Part shown: piece after piece, positions 35,798 through 45,667 of the stretch | Position numbering within the stretch: position 1 is the first letter of the stretch | How the letters are laid out: each line of letters begins with the position of its first letter | Origin: an uncultured virus (IMG/VR IMGVR_UViG_3300011006_000550) | Taxonomy: Duplodnaviria > Heunggongvirae > Uroviricota > Caudoviricetes | Direction: 5' to 3' (one strand) | DNA length: 64,000 bases | IMG/VR virus record: IMGVR_UViG_3300011006_000550 | Program-made: the position numbers and the translations under genes | Notes under the pieces: generated by a model | Seen by the model: the letters and a program-made list of their open reading frames with translations, nothing else | Databases searched by the model: none | Told to the model about the DNA's origin: nothing

Positions 35798-38700
35798 ACA
35801 TCTTTGCCTTGATATATGTTCCGTCAGGTGTCACCCTGTGCAGTATGTCGTATATCTGAGAGACAAATTCCACGTTCCGTTTTGTGTTTTCAGCGATGCT
35901 CTGTAACTGAGCCAGCTGTGAGCGTGCTATGACAGGCATTTCGGTTTGAGCCTTAACGGCTATCAGAATCTCGTTGATGGTGATCCTGTTCACGCTTACG
36001 TCGGCTCTGATGGAGTTGACATAGCCAGCCAGTATGTCGGCAGTCTGTTCGCTGACACTCTTTATCGTGTTCGACGCTGTTGATGAACTTCCACCGTCCC
36101 CTGTAATGTCATAGCCCTCATATTGGAAAGCTTCTGCCAGTATCGTTGCAAGCTGCTGTAATGTCGGAGTAAGCTGCTCAAAGGTTGTACCTATCTGTCC
36201 TGCAATGTTGGCCACACCAAGCATCATGGCACCTTCATCTATCAGTCCGAAGCTGTACGCCTCGTAGATGTCATTCAGTGGCTCTGTGAATTTATCCATG
36301 AGGTTGATCTTCAAGAAAGCCTTTACAGCATCCTTGGCAATGTCAGCGAATGTGTCTGAGGCATATTCGTAGAAACTATCCATCATGTTCTTGCCACTAC
36401 TCAGCCAGTCCCAAAGGGAATCGGTCATGTTATCCACCAATGGCGAGAACTGCTGGCTCACGTATTCATGCGCCTTATCCTGGATCTCCTCTATCTGTTC
36501 TGTCAGCTCAACAAGCCTTTCAAGAGTCTCACGGGTCTCTCCTGCAAGGGTAACGTCACGCTCAAGAATGTTCTTGGCAATATCAAGGTCAAGAAGCTTA
36601 TACCCATGGAAATCCTTACCGAAAAGTTCCTTGCCGTATTCCTCACGCACCCATTCCTCAAGGTTCTGTGTCTTCTCACCTCGCCAGAAGCTTGCATGAT
36701 GATGCTGAATACGCATGTTCTGACGGGCAGAGGTGTAGCCCTCACGGTATATGATGGATTCTGCGGCACTCTGCATGGCCTGACCCAAAGCTGCACCGGC
36801 TCCTGTTGCTACGGCTGCACCGACGGCTGTTGCTGCCACACCACCGATGACATTGGCAATGGCCGTTCCTGCAGCAACACCAAGCGGGCCACCAGATCCC
36901 CACGTCACAATGGTTATGACAGCTCCGACGATGGCACCGATAATGGCACCAGCCCATTTGCTGAGTCCTGAACGTGACTCTTGGTATATGACCTGTTCTG
37001 CAAGGGCCGTGTTTGTATAGTTCTCAAGGAGCTTTCCTTGGAGATAACCGCCGTTTCTGATGTCTGTCAGATCGTTCTTATAGAGCCAGTCCTTTTCCTT
37101 CTGCGCCCGTTTGATAACAGCAAGCGCATAGTCATCAATGGCTTCCCTGGCCTCGTTTATCTCACGCTGCTTTTGGGCATAATGCTCATACAGGCTTTCT
37201 GTGCTCGGCAGGATCTCATGCAGCTTTTTGTTCATGTCAATCATGGCAGAGAACACGGCCACGACTGCACTGGCCTTGCTGGCGAATCCTGCAATGCCCT
37301 TGGCATCCATGTTGACGTTCGAAATGGCATCAAAGCTCTTACCGAATCCTTCAAACATGGCACCAAAGCCATTCAGCACGTCACCAAACGTACCGCCTAC
37401 AGAGTTTCCAAGTTGTGCGAAAGTGTTTCCAAGCGAGGTGATATTGCTTGCAAGGCCCTTGATGGCTTTCTGCAGGGAAGTCATAGCCTTGTGCATCTGG
37501 GTTTGCTGCTTTCTGATTGCTTTGTCAAGATCTTCCTCACTGTTGAATTCGTCGCGATAATAACCTCTCCTTACACCTTCACGCTTTGATTCAAGAGAGG
37601 AAATATTGCCCGCTGCTTCATTATAGCTTTTCAGTGCATCGGCGATAGCATGAATGGGATCGAGGATGGCCGTTTGGTTGGTCATCTTCTCCAATGCCTC
37701 ATGCAGTGCCTTGACCTCATTCACATTCAGCTCAGTGGTCTTTTCAAACTCCTGCATGGCCTTGATCATCTTCTTGAGTTTGTTCAAAGGAATATGGTCA
37801 AGATTACCGAAGACCTCACCCCAGTCGTTTTCTTCCTTGAATTTCTCCCATTTGATCTTGCTGATCTCCTTGGCAGCATTCTCGGTGGCATTGGCTGTCA
37901 GGCGGTTGCGCTCATCCTCTGTACGTGCAAGCTTCTCGATAGCCTCTATCTGCTTTTCGAGCTTACGATTCACGTCTTCTATCTTGTCATCGTAGTTTTT
38001 GGCACCCTTATATGCTTCCTCGTACAGATCAAGCTGTTCCTTCCTGAGCATCTGCTGGTTTTTCTGCCAGGCTTCCCACAGTTTGAAGATCTCGTTGTTC
38101 TCACCGAAGATCTTTGCGTCGGCTTCCTTTAAGTTGAACACGTCCGATGCGGTAAGGGCATAGTTCGTCTTACCGAGGGCTTTGCTCATCTGGTCCGTCA
38201 GCCAGTCGGCATACGATGAGTTTTGTGTGACACCTGCAATGCGGGCTGCAAGTTCGGTGTCGCCTGTAAGGTCAACCCATTTCTGATAGGTCTGGTAGTT
38301 CTCAGACATCACAGACATCATGCGCTGCAATTCTGAGACGGCATCCTTCACATTCTCCTTGAACACACGGAGATCTTCTGCACCTTGCTTGGCTCCGAGT
38401 TCATCCACGAACTTTCCCCTGTCACCCTTCCTTCCGAGTGCCTTGATGGCCTCGTTAAGACTGGCATTATAGTTATTGGGATTCGTGAAGTAACCAAACA
38501 GGGCATTGAAGTTATTATCCTTACGGAGCTTTCTCTCTGCATCCGATCTGGTCATGTATTGCTCCAACTGTTGCAACTCCTGACGGTATTTCTCCAAGAG
38601 GGAGATACGGGCCTTCCAGCGGTCAAGCTCTGCATCTTTCTTGCTGCCACCACCGCCTTTCTCCTTCGGATCATCGAGGCCGACGGCACGACGCTCTGCA

Positions 38701-41700
38701 AGCTTGTTGCCGATCTCCGTTTCAAGGTCTTTCACCTGATCTGCGGTACCACTGAGCTTTTCGAGCTTCTTCTTCGTACCCTGCAATTTCAAGATCTCCT
38801 GTGAGGATTCCTTATCGTAGGTGTCGATGTCCTTGAAGATGTTGGCCACCTGTGCCTTGGTGTACACACTGTTTCCAATGCGCACGTTACCTTTGTCCTT
38901 AAGCGCACCTCCGGCACCGAAGCGGTTCCAGATATAACTTGAGAAGCTGCTGAGCTGTGTCTTGTCAACTGTCAGATCACCAACAATCTTGATGTGGAAC
39001 ACCTGAGAGGCAAGTTCCTCTGCGAGTTTGTTCTTGGCCTCGGTGGATCCAGTCTGAATAGCCTTGACATATTCCCTTGTGAGTGTTTCAAGCGACTGCT
39101 TCTGCTGAGGGGTAAGATGTTCAAAGTCCTCAATTCCTCTGCTACGTGCAAGGGCTTTCAGCTCGTCGGCCATCTTCGGTATGCTCTCATTTGAAATGTC
39201 ATCCCATTTGTTTTTGACATCAACGAGCTTATTGAAGTATGCGTTAAGGGCAGAAATAGCAGGGGCAGAGAGACCACCATAGATATTCTTACGATTAACA
39301 AACAGTTCATCGTAGAGTTTCTTTTGGCCGATCTTCTCAATCTGTTCATACAAGTTAAGGCCCTCCATAGATTTCTTCAATTCCTCGTTGTCACCGATGA
39401 TCGAATTAATCGCTCTCTTATAGGTCTCGCTGTATCTCTCAATGAGGCTACGGGTCTTGAACATGGCATTGATGGAATCATCATAGTCTTTCATGTAATC
39501 CTCAATGTCACTCTTGTCAATACCCTTTTCAAACAGGGCTTTCCCCTCGGCATTACCCAATTCGGAAAGCGTCTTCTGATAATCCTCGGCACCTTCCTTG
39601 AGCACTCTCAGACGTTCATTCACGTCATCCATGTGTTCACGGCTCTTGGCCACGATGGCCTCACCAGTACTGCCAAGGGAGATAAGAGCTTGCTCCAGGA
39701 CTTCTATCTTCTTCTCTGTCGATCCGTCGGCATCCATCGAATCAAGTGTCTTGGCAAGGCTGTTTGCGCCCTGCTGTGCATGGCTCATCATGGCATCGCC
39801 TTTCTGGGCAAGCTCTTCCCGCTTCTGTTCAAGATAGGAATATGCGGACATCGCGGCACCGATACCAGTCATGATAATGCCAGTCCATCCACCCATGAAG
39901 CCCTTGAAACCCTGCCAGCCCTTGCTCAACAATCCTTGCTGATTCTGTAAGGCGAGAATGTTTCCGTTGGCAATCTGCTTTCTCTGTTCTCTGGTGTAGC
40001 CCTGCATCTGCAGGAGTTTATAGAAGTGGGCCTTTTCAAGTTTCCCTTCCTGCATCAGCTGATAAGCCTTTAAGGTGGAGATCTGTTTCTCCACGCCAAG
40101 AAGGTAATACTCCTGACTTCTGAGTTTCCCCTTTGAGTTGACAAGTGCCTGTTCCTCGGCATTCAGCTGACGGCCATAGAGGACACGCTCACGCTCAAGA
40201 CGTGCAATCTCCTGCTCCATGGCTTTCTCCATGCGAAGAATGGCCGTGTTGCCGTTTCTCTCATTGAGCTTGTTTCTCGCTGAGTTGAAGATAGAGGTAC
40301 CAATCCTCGTTGCACCAATCATAGCCAGCATCGGCGTAAGGGTGTCGAAGGCAGAGGCAAGCGATACGGTGAGTTCAAGGAGCATCTTCAAGGCTGCTCC
40401 GGCAGGACTGGCACCACTGGCAATGTTACCAAGGGTGATCTGCCACTGGTCTTGAAGCTTCTGCCATTTTCCGTATAGCGTATCAGCAAGCTCAGCCTGC
40501 ATGTTATAGAACTGACCGCCCTGATTCGTCATATCCCAGAGCACTTCCTTCACCATTTCAAACGGAACGGCACGCTTAGAGATAAGGGCAAACACATCGG
40601 CCGTCGTTGTCAGTTTGCCGTTCATTTCGGTGAACTTGTTGGCAAGGGCCTGTACCATAGGAATACCAGCCTCAGTGAACTGACGCAATTCCTGACCTCT
40701 CAGTACTGCAGCACTTCTCACCTGGCCATAGGCAAGGATCAAACGGTTCATATCAACACCGAGACCTGATGACATATCAGCAAGTCGTTTGGTGGTGTCG
40801 TACAATTCACTTGCAGGAATCTGATAGGCTGACAACTGCTTTGCATAGGCTGTCAGTTCCATGAATGTTTTCGGTGATTCAATGGCAAGCTCCTGTAACT
40901 GTCCGAAAAGAACATTGGCCTCCTGTACGTCACCAAGGATATTCCGCAAGGCTACATGCTGCACCTCAAATTGGCCTCCAATGGTGATGATTGATTTCAG
41001 AATACGCTCAAGGCCGTACAGTCCTGTATAGTTGGCAAGCTGCTGTTGGAACTGGATCGTAATGCCAGCGGCCTTGCTGCCAGCCTCGGCTATGCGGTGA
41101 TAGGAGGAGATAAGCCCTTGGTTCACATGACTGAGCATCTGAACGGCTTCAGCAGCTTTCCTCGCGGATGCGGCTTTCTTTTCCTTGGCCTCTGCATCCT
41201 GACGCTCACGCTCCTTGCCTTGCGCCAGCAGCTCGTTATATCTGCGCTGTATGGCTTCAAGTCTCGAAGAAACAACCTCACGGGTGAGGGTAGGAGAAGA
41301 AATCTTGCCACTGGCCAAATCCTTTTCCTCGTTTTTGACTTCATCCATGAGATTCTTGATGTCCTGGAGTTTCTTGGTCAAGGCAGAATATTCCACGTTC
41401 TGATTTCTCAGGCTGGCGATCTTTCTCTGACTCTCAGTATCAAGCATGGACCGCTCGATCTGCTTCTGCTGTGTCAGGTTGTCGAGGATCTTCTTGCCTT
41501 GCTGTTCCTGAATGTCATCAGCGGCCTTTCTCAGTTTCTCCTTCTTTTCAAGTTCCTCGTTCACCTCCTTAACGGCTTTCAGTTCAAGTTCCTCCTCGTA
41601 CTGCTTGGCCTCCCTGACAATCTTCTCAAAAGGGCTGGCGGTAGAGTTCATTTTTTCCCACTGCTGGTTGAAGGCTTCAAGTTCGGCCAAGGTCTTCTTC

Positions 41701-42365
41701 GATTCATCCTCAAAGAATTTCTTGGTCTCTATCAGACTGTTGATCTCGTCGGCTATCTTCTGTGCCTCCTTGTCATCAAGAATGCTCTGGTACTCCTTTG
41801 CCTCACGCACGATGCGGTCTCTCTCAGAATATGGCGATCCTGAGTTCATCTTCTCCCATTGCTCGTTGAATTTATCAAGGTCGGCCATAGCCTTGTTTGA
41901 CATGGAATCGAAGAAACGGCTGTTGGCTGCGGCAGCTTTCTCGGCATTTGACAGATACCTACTGACGCTTGTATTAAGGAGTTTGAAACCCTCCGAGAGT
42001 TCAAGCACCTTTACAAGATCCTTCTCAGCCCATTTGCTCGGATCCTTCTCAAGTTGCTCGCGCACCGTCTTGAAATGACCGTATGTTTCCTCAACTTTCT
42101 TTTGAAGATCTTCAAGCGTTCTGAGTTCATCCTTGTTGGCAATGTTCGGTTTCAGACTGCTGATTCTTTTAAGGGTGGACTCAAGGCTGTCAAATACCTC
42201 TTCCAACCTTGAAGCATTCTGAAAACCTTCCTTAAACGGCATATCTTTCGATGCCGCTATAAGCGCACGTTGCAGCTCTGTGGCCTGTGCCGTCGCCTTT
42301 TCAAGCTGCTGGAGTACATCACCACGAACACCCCAGTCAAACCATAACTTATCTGAATCAGCCAT
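35796..42365 (-). CDS. tail tape measure protein
   Basis: 2189 aa, helical; tape-measure domain AKQLSAY...LADMSSGLGVDMNRLILAYGQV...ELRQFTEAGIP. Confidence 0.93.
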   Translation of the reverse strand: MADSDKLWFDWGVRGDVLQQLEKATAQATELQRALIAASKDMPFKEGFQNASRLEEVFDSLESTLKRISSLKPNIANKDELRTLEDLQKKVEETYGHFKTVREQLEKDPSKWAEKDLVKVLELSEGFKLLNTSVSRYLSNAEKAAAANSRFFDSMSNKAMADLDKFNEQWEKMNSGSPYSERDRIVREAKEYQSILDDKEAQKIADEINSLIETKKFFEDESKKTLAELEAFNQQWEKMNSTASPFEKIVREAKQYEEELELKAVKEVNEELEKKEKLRKAADDIQEQQGKKILDNLTQQKQIERSMLDTESQRKIASLRNQNVEYSALTKKLQDIKNLMDEVKNEEKDLASGKISSPTLTREVVSSRLEAIQRRYNELLAQGKERERQDAEAKEKKAASARKAAEAVQMLSHVNQGLISSYHRIAEAGSKAAGITIQFQQQLANYTGLYGLERILKSIITIGGQFEVQHVALRNILGDVQEANVLFGQLQELAIESPKTFMELTAYAKQLSAYQIPASELYDTTKRLADMSSGLGVDMNRLILAYGQVRSAAVLRGQELRQFTEAGIPMVQALANKFTEMNGKLTTTADVFALISKRAVPFEMVKEVLWDMTNQGGQFYNMQAELADTLYGKWQKLQDQWQITLGNIASGASPAGAALKMLLELTVSLASAFDTLTPMLAMIGATRIGTSIFNSARNKLNERNGNTAILRMEKAMEQEIARLERERVLYGRQLNAEEQALVNSKGKLRSQEYYLLGVEKQISTLKAYQLMQEGKLEKAHFYKLLQMQGYTREQRKQIANGNILALQNQQGLLSKGWQGFKGFMGGWTGIIMTGIGAAMSAYSYLEQKREELAQKGDAMMSHAQQGANSLAKTLDSMDADGSTEKKIEVLEQALISLGSTGEAIVAKSREHMDDVNERLRVLKEGAEDYQKTLSELGNAEGKALFEKGIDKSDIEDYMKDYDDSINAMFKTRSLIERYSETYKRAINSIIGDNEELKKSMEGLNLYEQIEKIGQKKLYDELFVNRKNIYGGLSAPAISALNAYFNKLVDVKNKWDDISNESIPKMADELKALARSRGIEDFEHLTPQQKQSLETLTREYVKAIQTGSTEAKNKLAEELASQVFHIKIVGDLTVDKTQLSSFSSYIWNRFGAGGALKDKGNVRIGNSVYTKAQVANIFKDIDTYDKESSQEILKLQGTKKKLEKLSGTADQVKDLETEIGNKLAERRAVGLDDPKEKGGGGSKKDAELDRWKARISLLEKYRQELQQLEQYMTRSDAERKLRKDNNFNALFGYFTNPNNYNASLNEAIKALGRKGDRGKFVDELGAKQGAEDLRVFKENVKDAVSELQRMMSVMSENYQTYQKWVDLTGDTELAARIAGVTQNSSYADWLTDQMSKALGKTNYALTASDVFNLKEADAKIFGENNEIFKLWEAWQKNQQMLRKEQLDLYEEAYKGAKNYDDKIEDVNRKLEKQIEAIEKLARTEDERNRLTANATENAAKEISKIKWEKFKEENDWGEVFGNLDHIPLNKLKKMIKAMQEFEKTTELNVNEVKALHEALEKMTNQTAILDPIHAIADALKSYNEAAGNISSLESKREGVRRGYYRDEFNSEEDLDKAIRKQQTQMHKAMTSLQKAIKGLASNITSLGNTFAQLGNSVGGTFGDVLNGFGAMFEGFGKSFDAISNVNMDAKGIAGFASKASAVVAVFSAMIDMNKKLHEILPSTESLYEHYAQKQREINEAREAIDDYALAVIKRAQKEKDWLYKNDLTDIRNGGYLQGKLLENYTNTALAEQVIYQESRSGLSKWAGAIIGAIVGAVITIVTWGSGGPLGVAAGTAIANVIGGVAATAVGAAVATGAGAALGQAMQSAAESIIYREGYTSARQNMRIQHHHASFWRGEKTQNLEEWVREEYGKELFGKDFHGYKLLDLDIAKNILERDVTLAGETRETLERLVELTEQIEEIQDKAHEYVSQQFSPLVDNMTDSLWDWLSSGKNMMDSFYEYASDTFADIAKDAVKAFLKINLMDKFTEPLNDIYEAYSFGLIDEGAMMLGVANIAGQIGTTFEQLTPTLQQLATILAEAFQYEGYDITGDGGSSSTASNTIKSVSEQTADILAGYVNSIRADVSVNRITINEILIAVKAQTEMPVIARSQLAQLQSIAENTKRNVEFVSQIYDILHRVTPDGTYIKAKM

Positions 42366-42380
42366 ATATGTATCTTGTTT

Positions 42381-42796
42381 TTATTCTACTTTTCCGTTCA
42401 TGAAGTCATTCAGGGAGAATGTCTTGCCGACATAGCTCTTGCCCTGACGGTCTTTGTTCCATGCCTCTACGAGTGCCTTCATTTCGTTCTCTTCCTCCTT
42501 GGTGGCGATCATTGACTTCTTACCGCCCTTCTTCTTATTGTTACCATAGTCCAGTACTGGGCCGTCCATGGCCATAAGGTCAATCTGCGTTGCAGTATAT
42601 CCCCACCAGTAATCGAAAGCACGAATGCCAAATCTGCGCTCAAAGAGCCAAGGCATTTTCTCGCTCAGATTGTAAGCTGCACCCCATCGGGTTCGGCTGG
42701 GCCAGCTTCGTGTCGAGCTATCGTCATCAGAGTGTCCATCATTCCTGTCGCTAATATGGTAGCTATCATCAATGGCTCCGATTGAATTTTTTTTTT
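42381..42796 (-). CDS. tail assembly chaperone, -1 frameshift extension (gpGT-like)
   Basis: -1 frame is open from the A10 run at 42787-42796 into ORF 42381-42656. Confidence 0.75.
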
Positions 42797-43120
42797 AACA
42801 CAGTCAAGCACTTTGGCTATCTCCACCTGTTCAATGTTCTTGATGTAGTATAGCCAACGCCAATAGATCCAGTACCACGACCAAAGGAGAAACCAAGTCA
42901 GAAGACCGCTTTTCCTGTTTAGGAGAATACAGGCACACGCCTTGGTGTTTTTCTTCCAAGGATCCTCGTCTTTTTTCAGCATGATATGTGAGAATTTTCT
43001 GGTCGTGCCGTTATGAAGCCAGCCGATACGATAACGTCTGCCTCTCACTGTCACCTTCTCTGGTTCTGCCTCTAATAGCTCGTCGAGCCGTCTCTGTATA
43101 TCTATCTTTGGTTGTTCCAT
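42665..43120 (-). CDS. tail assembly chaperone (gpG-like)
   Basis: between major tail and tape measure genes; contains the slippery A10. Confidence 0.75.
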   Translation of the reverse strand: MEQPKIDIQRRLDELLEAEPEKVTVRGRRYRIGWLHNGTTRKFSHIMLKKDEDPWKKNTKACACILLNRKSGLLTWFLLWSWYWIYWRWLYYIKNIEQVEIAKVLDCVKKKIQSEPLMIATILATGMMDTLMTIARHEAGPAEPDGVQLTI

Positions 43121-43292
43121 TCTTTATTTGCAAACTAAATCCATAAAAGAAATAACTATCTGATAATCAGTGTGTTATTATTTTCTCTTATTTCCAAAAA
43201 TTAAATTCCTTCTTTTTTTTGCCACCTCTGAAAAGAAAGAAGGGGCGAAGCGGAATGCCCGCCCGCCCCTCGGTTCTTAGTTCTTCTCAGAC

Positions 43293-43862
43293 TTATGAGG
43301 TCTTCTTCTTCAGGAAGATGACATCGGGGTTGGTGCCGTCAGTCTCGATAGAGCCGTTGAAGTCAACTGCAATCACACCCTTTGCGTCGCTGTCAAGCAC
43401 AAGGCTTGCAAACAGGGCAGTGTTGTTGATGACCATGATACGGTCCTTAGAGCTGTTGACGATCAGCCAGGTACCTGTAACCTTCTTGTTCTGGAGAACA
43501 ACGGCAAGACCTTCGTAGTTGACGCTGTTGACGCTGCCGGTGATCTCCGACACGGCATCTTCACCAAAGGCCAGCTTGAGAATGTCCTCAGAGATAGAGG
43601 GCACACGGAAGCCAAGGTCAATGTCGCCAGGCTCGCTATCCGTAATCCAGGCACCAGACAGGCCGATGACCTTATACTCTTCTACCTCGGCCTCACCCTG
43701 CTCGAAATTCAGGGAGTCAACCTTACACGGAACGTCCAGCTCAGGCGTGCAAGTGAAAGTCTTAACACCGCCCTGACCGGAAGTGATGTTCAGCGCAGCA
43801 CTCTGATAGAGCAAAGAGCTGGGGCCGCTGAATTTGTCTGCTAACTGAGCTTTTGTCTTCAT
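43293..43862 (-). CDS. major tail tube protein
   Basis: 189 aa, beta-rich, strong codon bias, canonical position; GC-rich hairpin plus T-run downstream (~43230-43270). Confidence 0.75.
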   Translation of the reverse strand: MKTKAQLADKFSGPSSLLYQSAALNITSGQGGVKTFTCTPELDVPCKVDSLNFEQGEAEVEEYKVIGLSGAWITDSEPGDIDLGFRVPSISEDILKLAFGEDAVSEITGSVNSVNYEGLAVVLQNKKVTGTWLIVNSSKDRIMVINNTALFASLVLDSDAKGVIAVDFNGSIETDGTNPDVIFLKKKTS

Positions 43863-43895
43863 ATTCGCAAATTTTTAATTGTTAATACTGTTAAT

Positions 43896-44318
43896 TCAAA
43901 CCATTGTGGTGAACTTAGCTTGTATTCGGGTATAGTGGTAGCCGTTACCGTCACTGGAGGCAGGAATGACCGTTCGGGGATAGTCAATCTTGAATGAGTC
44001 TTCACGGACTATTGGGAACAGGCCGAAGAGTGATTGCCTCAGTTCCTTCATGGCGGGTTGGTTGAACTCCTTCGGACTCTTATTCGTCTTGCGGTCTGCA
44101 ACAAAGATCTCGAAGACTACGGTGACATCAAGCCACCAGTCATCGTTTTCTCCAAGTGTCCTGTTTGACGTGGAGTAAGGCAGTGAGACAACAATGAACT
44201 TCGTCAGCTTAGGATCGGTAGCGTTAGGACGCTCCTGAAGGAAAGTATTCTCGCAGACCTTCCTTGCTTCCATATCCATTGCCTCAAGTATATCCTCTGG
44301 AGTAATCATAGCTATCAA
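43896..44318 (-). CDS. putative tail terminator/completion protein
   Basis: size and position. Confidence 0.55.
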   Translation of the reverse strand: MIAMITPEDILEAMDMEARKVCENTFLQERPNATDPKLTKFIVVSLPYSTSNRTLGENDDWWLDVTVVFEIFVADRKTNKSPKEFNQPAMKELRQSLFGLFPIVREDSFKIDYPRTVIPASSDGNGYHYTRIQAKFTTMV

Positions 44319-44857
44319 AAATTCAAATCTGAAATATCACCGCCTCTTGCTGCAAGTTCATCCCGTAACTGGCTCAGAACGTTCACCTTACCCTTTGCTT
44401 CGAGGTACTTGGCATAGTCAACGATAGAGACAATGCGATAGGAAAATCCCTTTTTCCTCGGAGGGTTGCTGTTGAGCCATTTTAACACTTCCACGTCGGC
44501 CCAGATGTTCTTGTTACCTACCCAGTCTGTCTTGGGTAACGGCTCCAAGAGAATGTTGCCGTTGTAGGTGAAAGGCTCGGCAAACACATCGCCTTTCTTC
44601 AAGGTGGTCCTCACAGGACGCTTGCCAGTGATCTCTATGCTACCGTGAGCTTCAAGACACTTGCCATCCTTGTAAAGAGCGACACCGAGAGAGTTGACGA
44701 GGTTACCAGTCAGGGAACGGAACCCGCTCAATTCCTGGAAAGCCAGCTGCAGCAGACTGTCAAGGCTCTCGCGAAGCTTCACCTCGGCCTTCTGCTCTGC
44801 ACGTTTCTTCACATTGTCGAAGACGTGCTGAAACTGGATCTTCCCACTACTGGCCAT
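44315..44857 (-). CDS. neck protein (HK97 gp10-like)
   Basis: TGNLVNS...DYAKYLE motifs. Confidence 0.6.
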   Translation of the reverse strand: MASSGKIQFQHVFDNVKKRAEQKAEVKLRESLDSLLQLAFQELSGFRSLTGNLVNSLGVALYKDGKCLEAHGSIEITGKRPVRTTLKKGDVFAEPFTYNGNILLEPLPKTDWVGNKNIWADVEVLKWLNSNPPRKKGFSYRIVSIVDYAKYLEAKGKVNVLSQLRDELAARGGDISDLNF

Positions 44858-45218
44858 CTATACCTTCATCGTTAAGGTTTCTGTTGTGCTCACCGTAGAT
44901 CACGCTACGGTTGTTGTCTGGCTCGAAGTCTTTTACTTCCCATTCCTCTTTGATACTGCCTTTGACAACTTTCACTATATCGCCTGACATCGGGATCTTC
45001 TCGCCCCATTCGTCATAGCGGACTGGGATGGATGCCTTACGCTTGTTGGTGTCAACTTTCCTGTCACCAGTCGTTGTCGTTTCAGTATAGCTGCGGCCGA
45101 CACCCTCATAGATGATTTCCTCTGTTGCAGATCCTTTTGAGAACCTGTCAGGGTACGTCATCCGCACAATACGTATTGTGTGAGGGTATCTCGGATTATC
45201 GACCTTATTCTTCCTCAT
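44847..45218 (-). CDS. putative head closure protein
   Basis: RYPHTIRI start, size and position. Confidence 0.55.
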   Translation of the reverse strand: MRKNKVDNPRYPHTIRIVRMTYPDRFSKGSATEEIIYEGVGRSYTETTTTGDRKVDTNKRKASIPVRYDEWGEKIPMSGDIVKVVKGSIKEEWEVKDFEPDNNRSVIYGEHNRNLNDEGIDGQ

Positions 45219-45655
45219 AGCACATCTACAATGTGTGGAAGCGGGATCCCTGCCTCGTCGTAGTCGCAGGGTGTTATCCCGAAGCTCTCTATAGCAACGC
45301 TGACAGAGTCATCGTAATCGAACTCTTCATCATACTTTTCGTAGATCGCCTTTGCATACTTGAGCATTCGGTCTTTGTCATCATCCGATAGTGTATAGCC
45401 GCCCTCGGAATGGCTCCAGCCATTATCAGAGTCCGAAGTGGAATTGATCTTGCTTGGTCCCATGCAGATCCATACGTAGATGTCTGCTTTCAGAAGTTCC
45501 TTGTCTTTCTTCTCAAGTTCCTCGTAAAGCTTTGAAGCCTCTATCTTACGCTCACCGAGAACATAGTCAACTCCCTCCTGTGGGATGGCAAAGTTCACAC
45601 AGCCGAAGACATAATCCTCAGCCGTGCGAACGTTATTTTCAGATCCACTTGGCAT
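45215..45655 (-). CDS. putative head-tail adaptor
   Basis: directly downstream of the capsid gene. Confidence 0.55.
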   Translation of the reverse strand: MPSGSENNVRTAEDYVFGCVNFAIPQEGVDYVLGERKIEASKLYEELEKKDKELLKADIYVWICMGPSKINSTSDSDNGWSHSEGGYTLSDDDKDRMLKYAKAIYEKYDEEFDYDDSVSVAIESFGITPCDYDEAGIPLPHIVDVL

Positions 45656-45667
45656 AGCACAAACAGA

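Noticed and set aside
36350..42078. Long plus-strand ORFs inside the tape measure gene and other structural genes
   Set aside because: Antisense shadows of strongly biased coding sequence; no start signals or protein-like composition.
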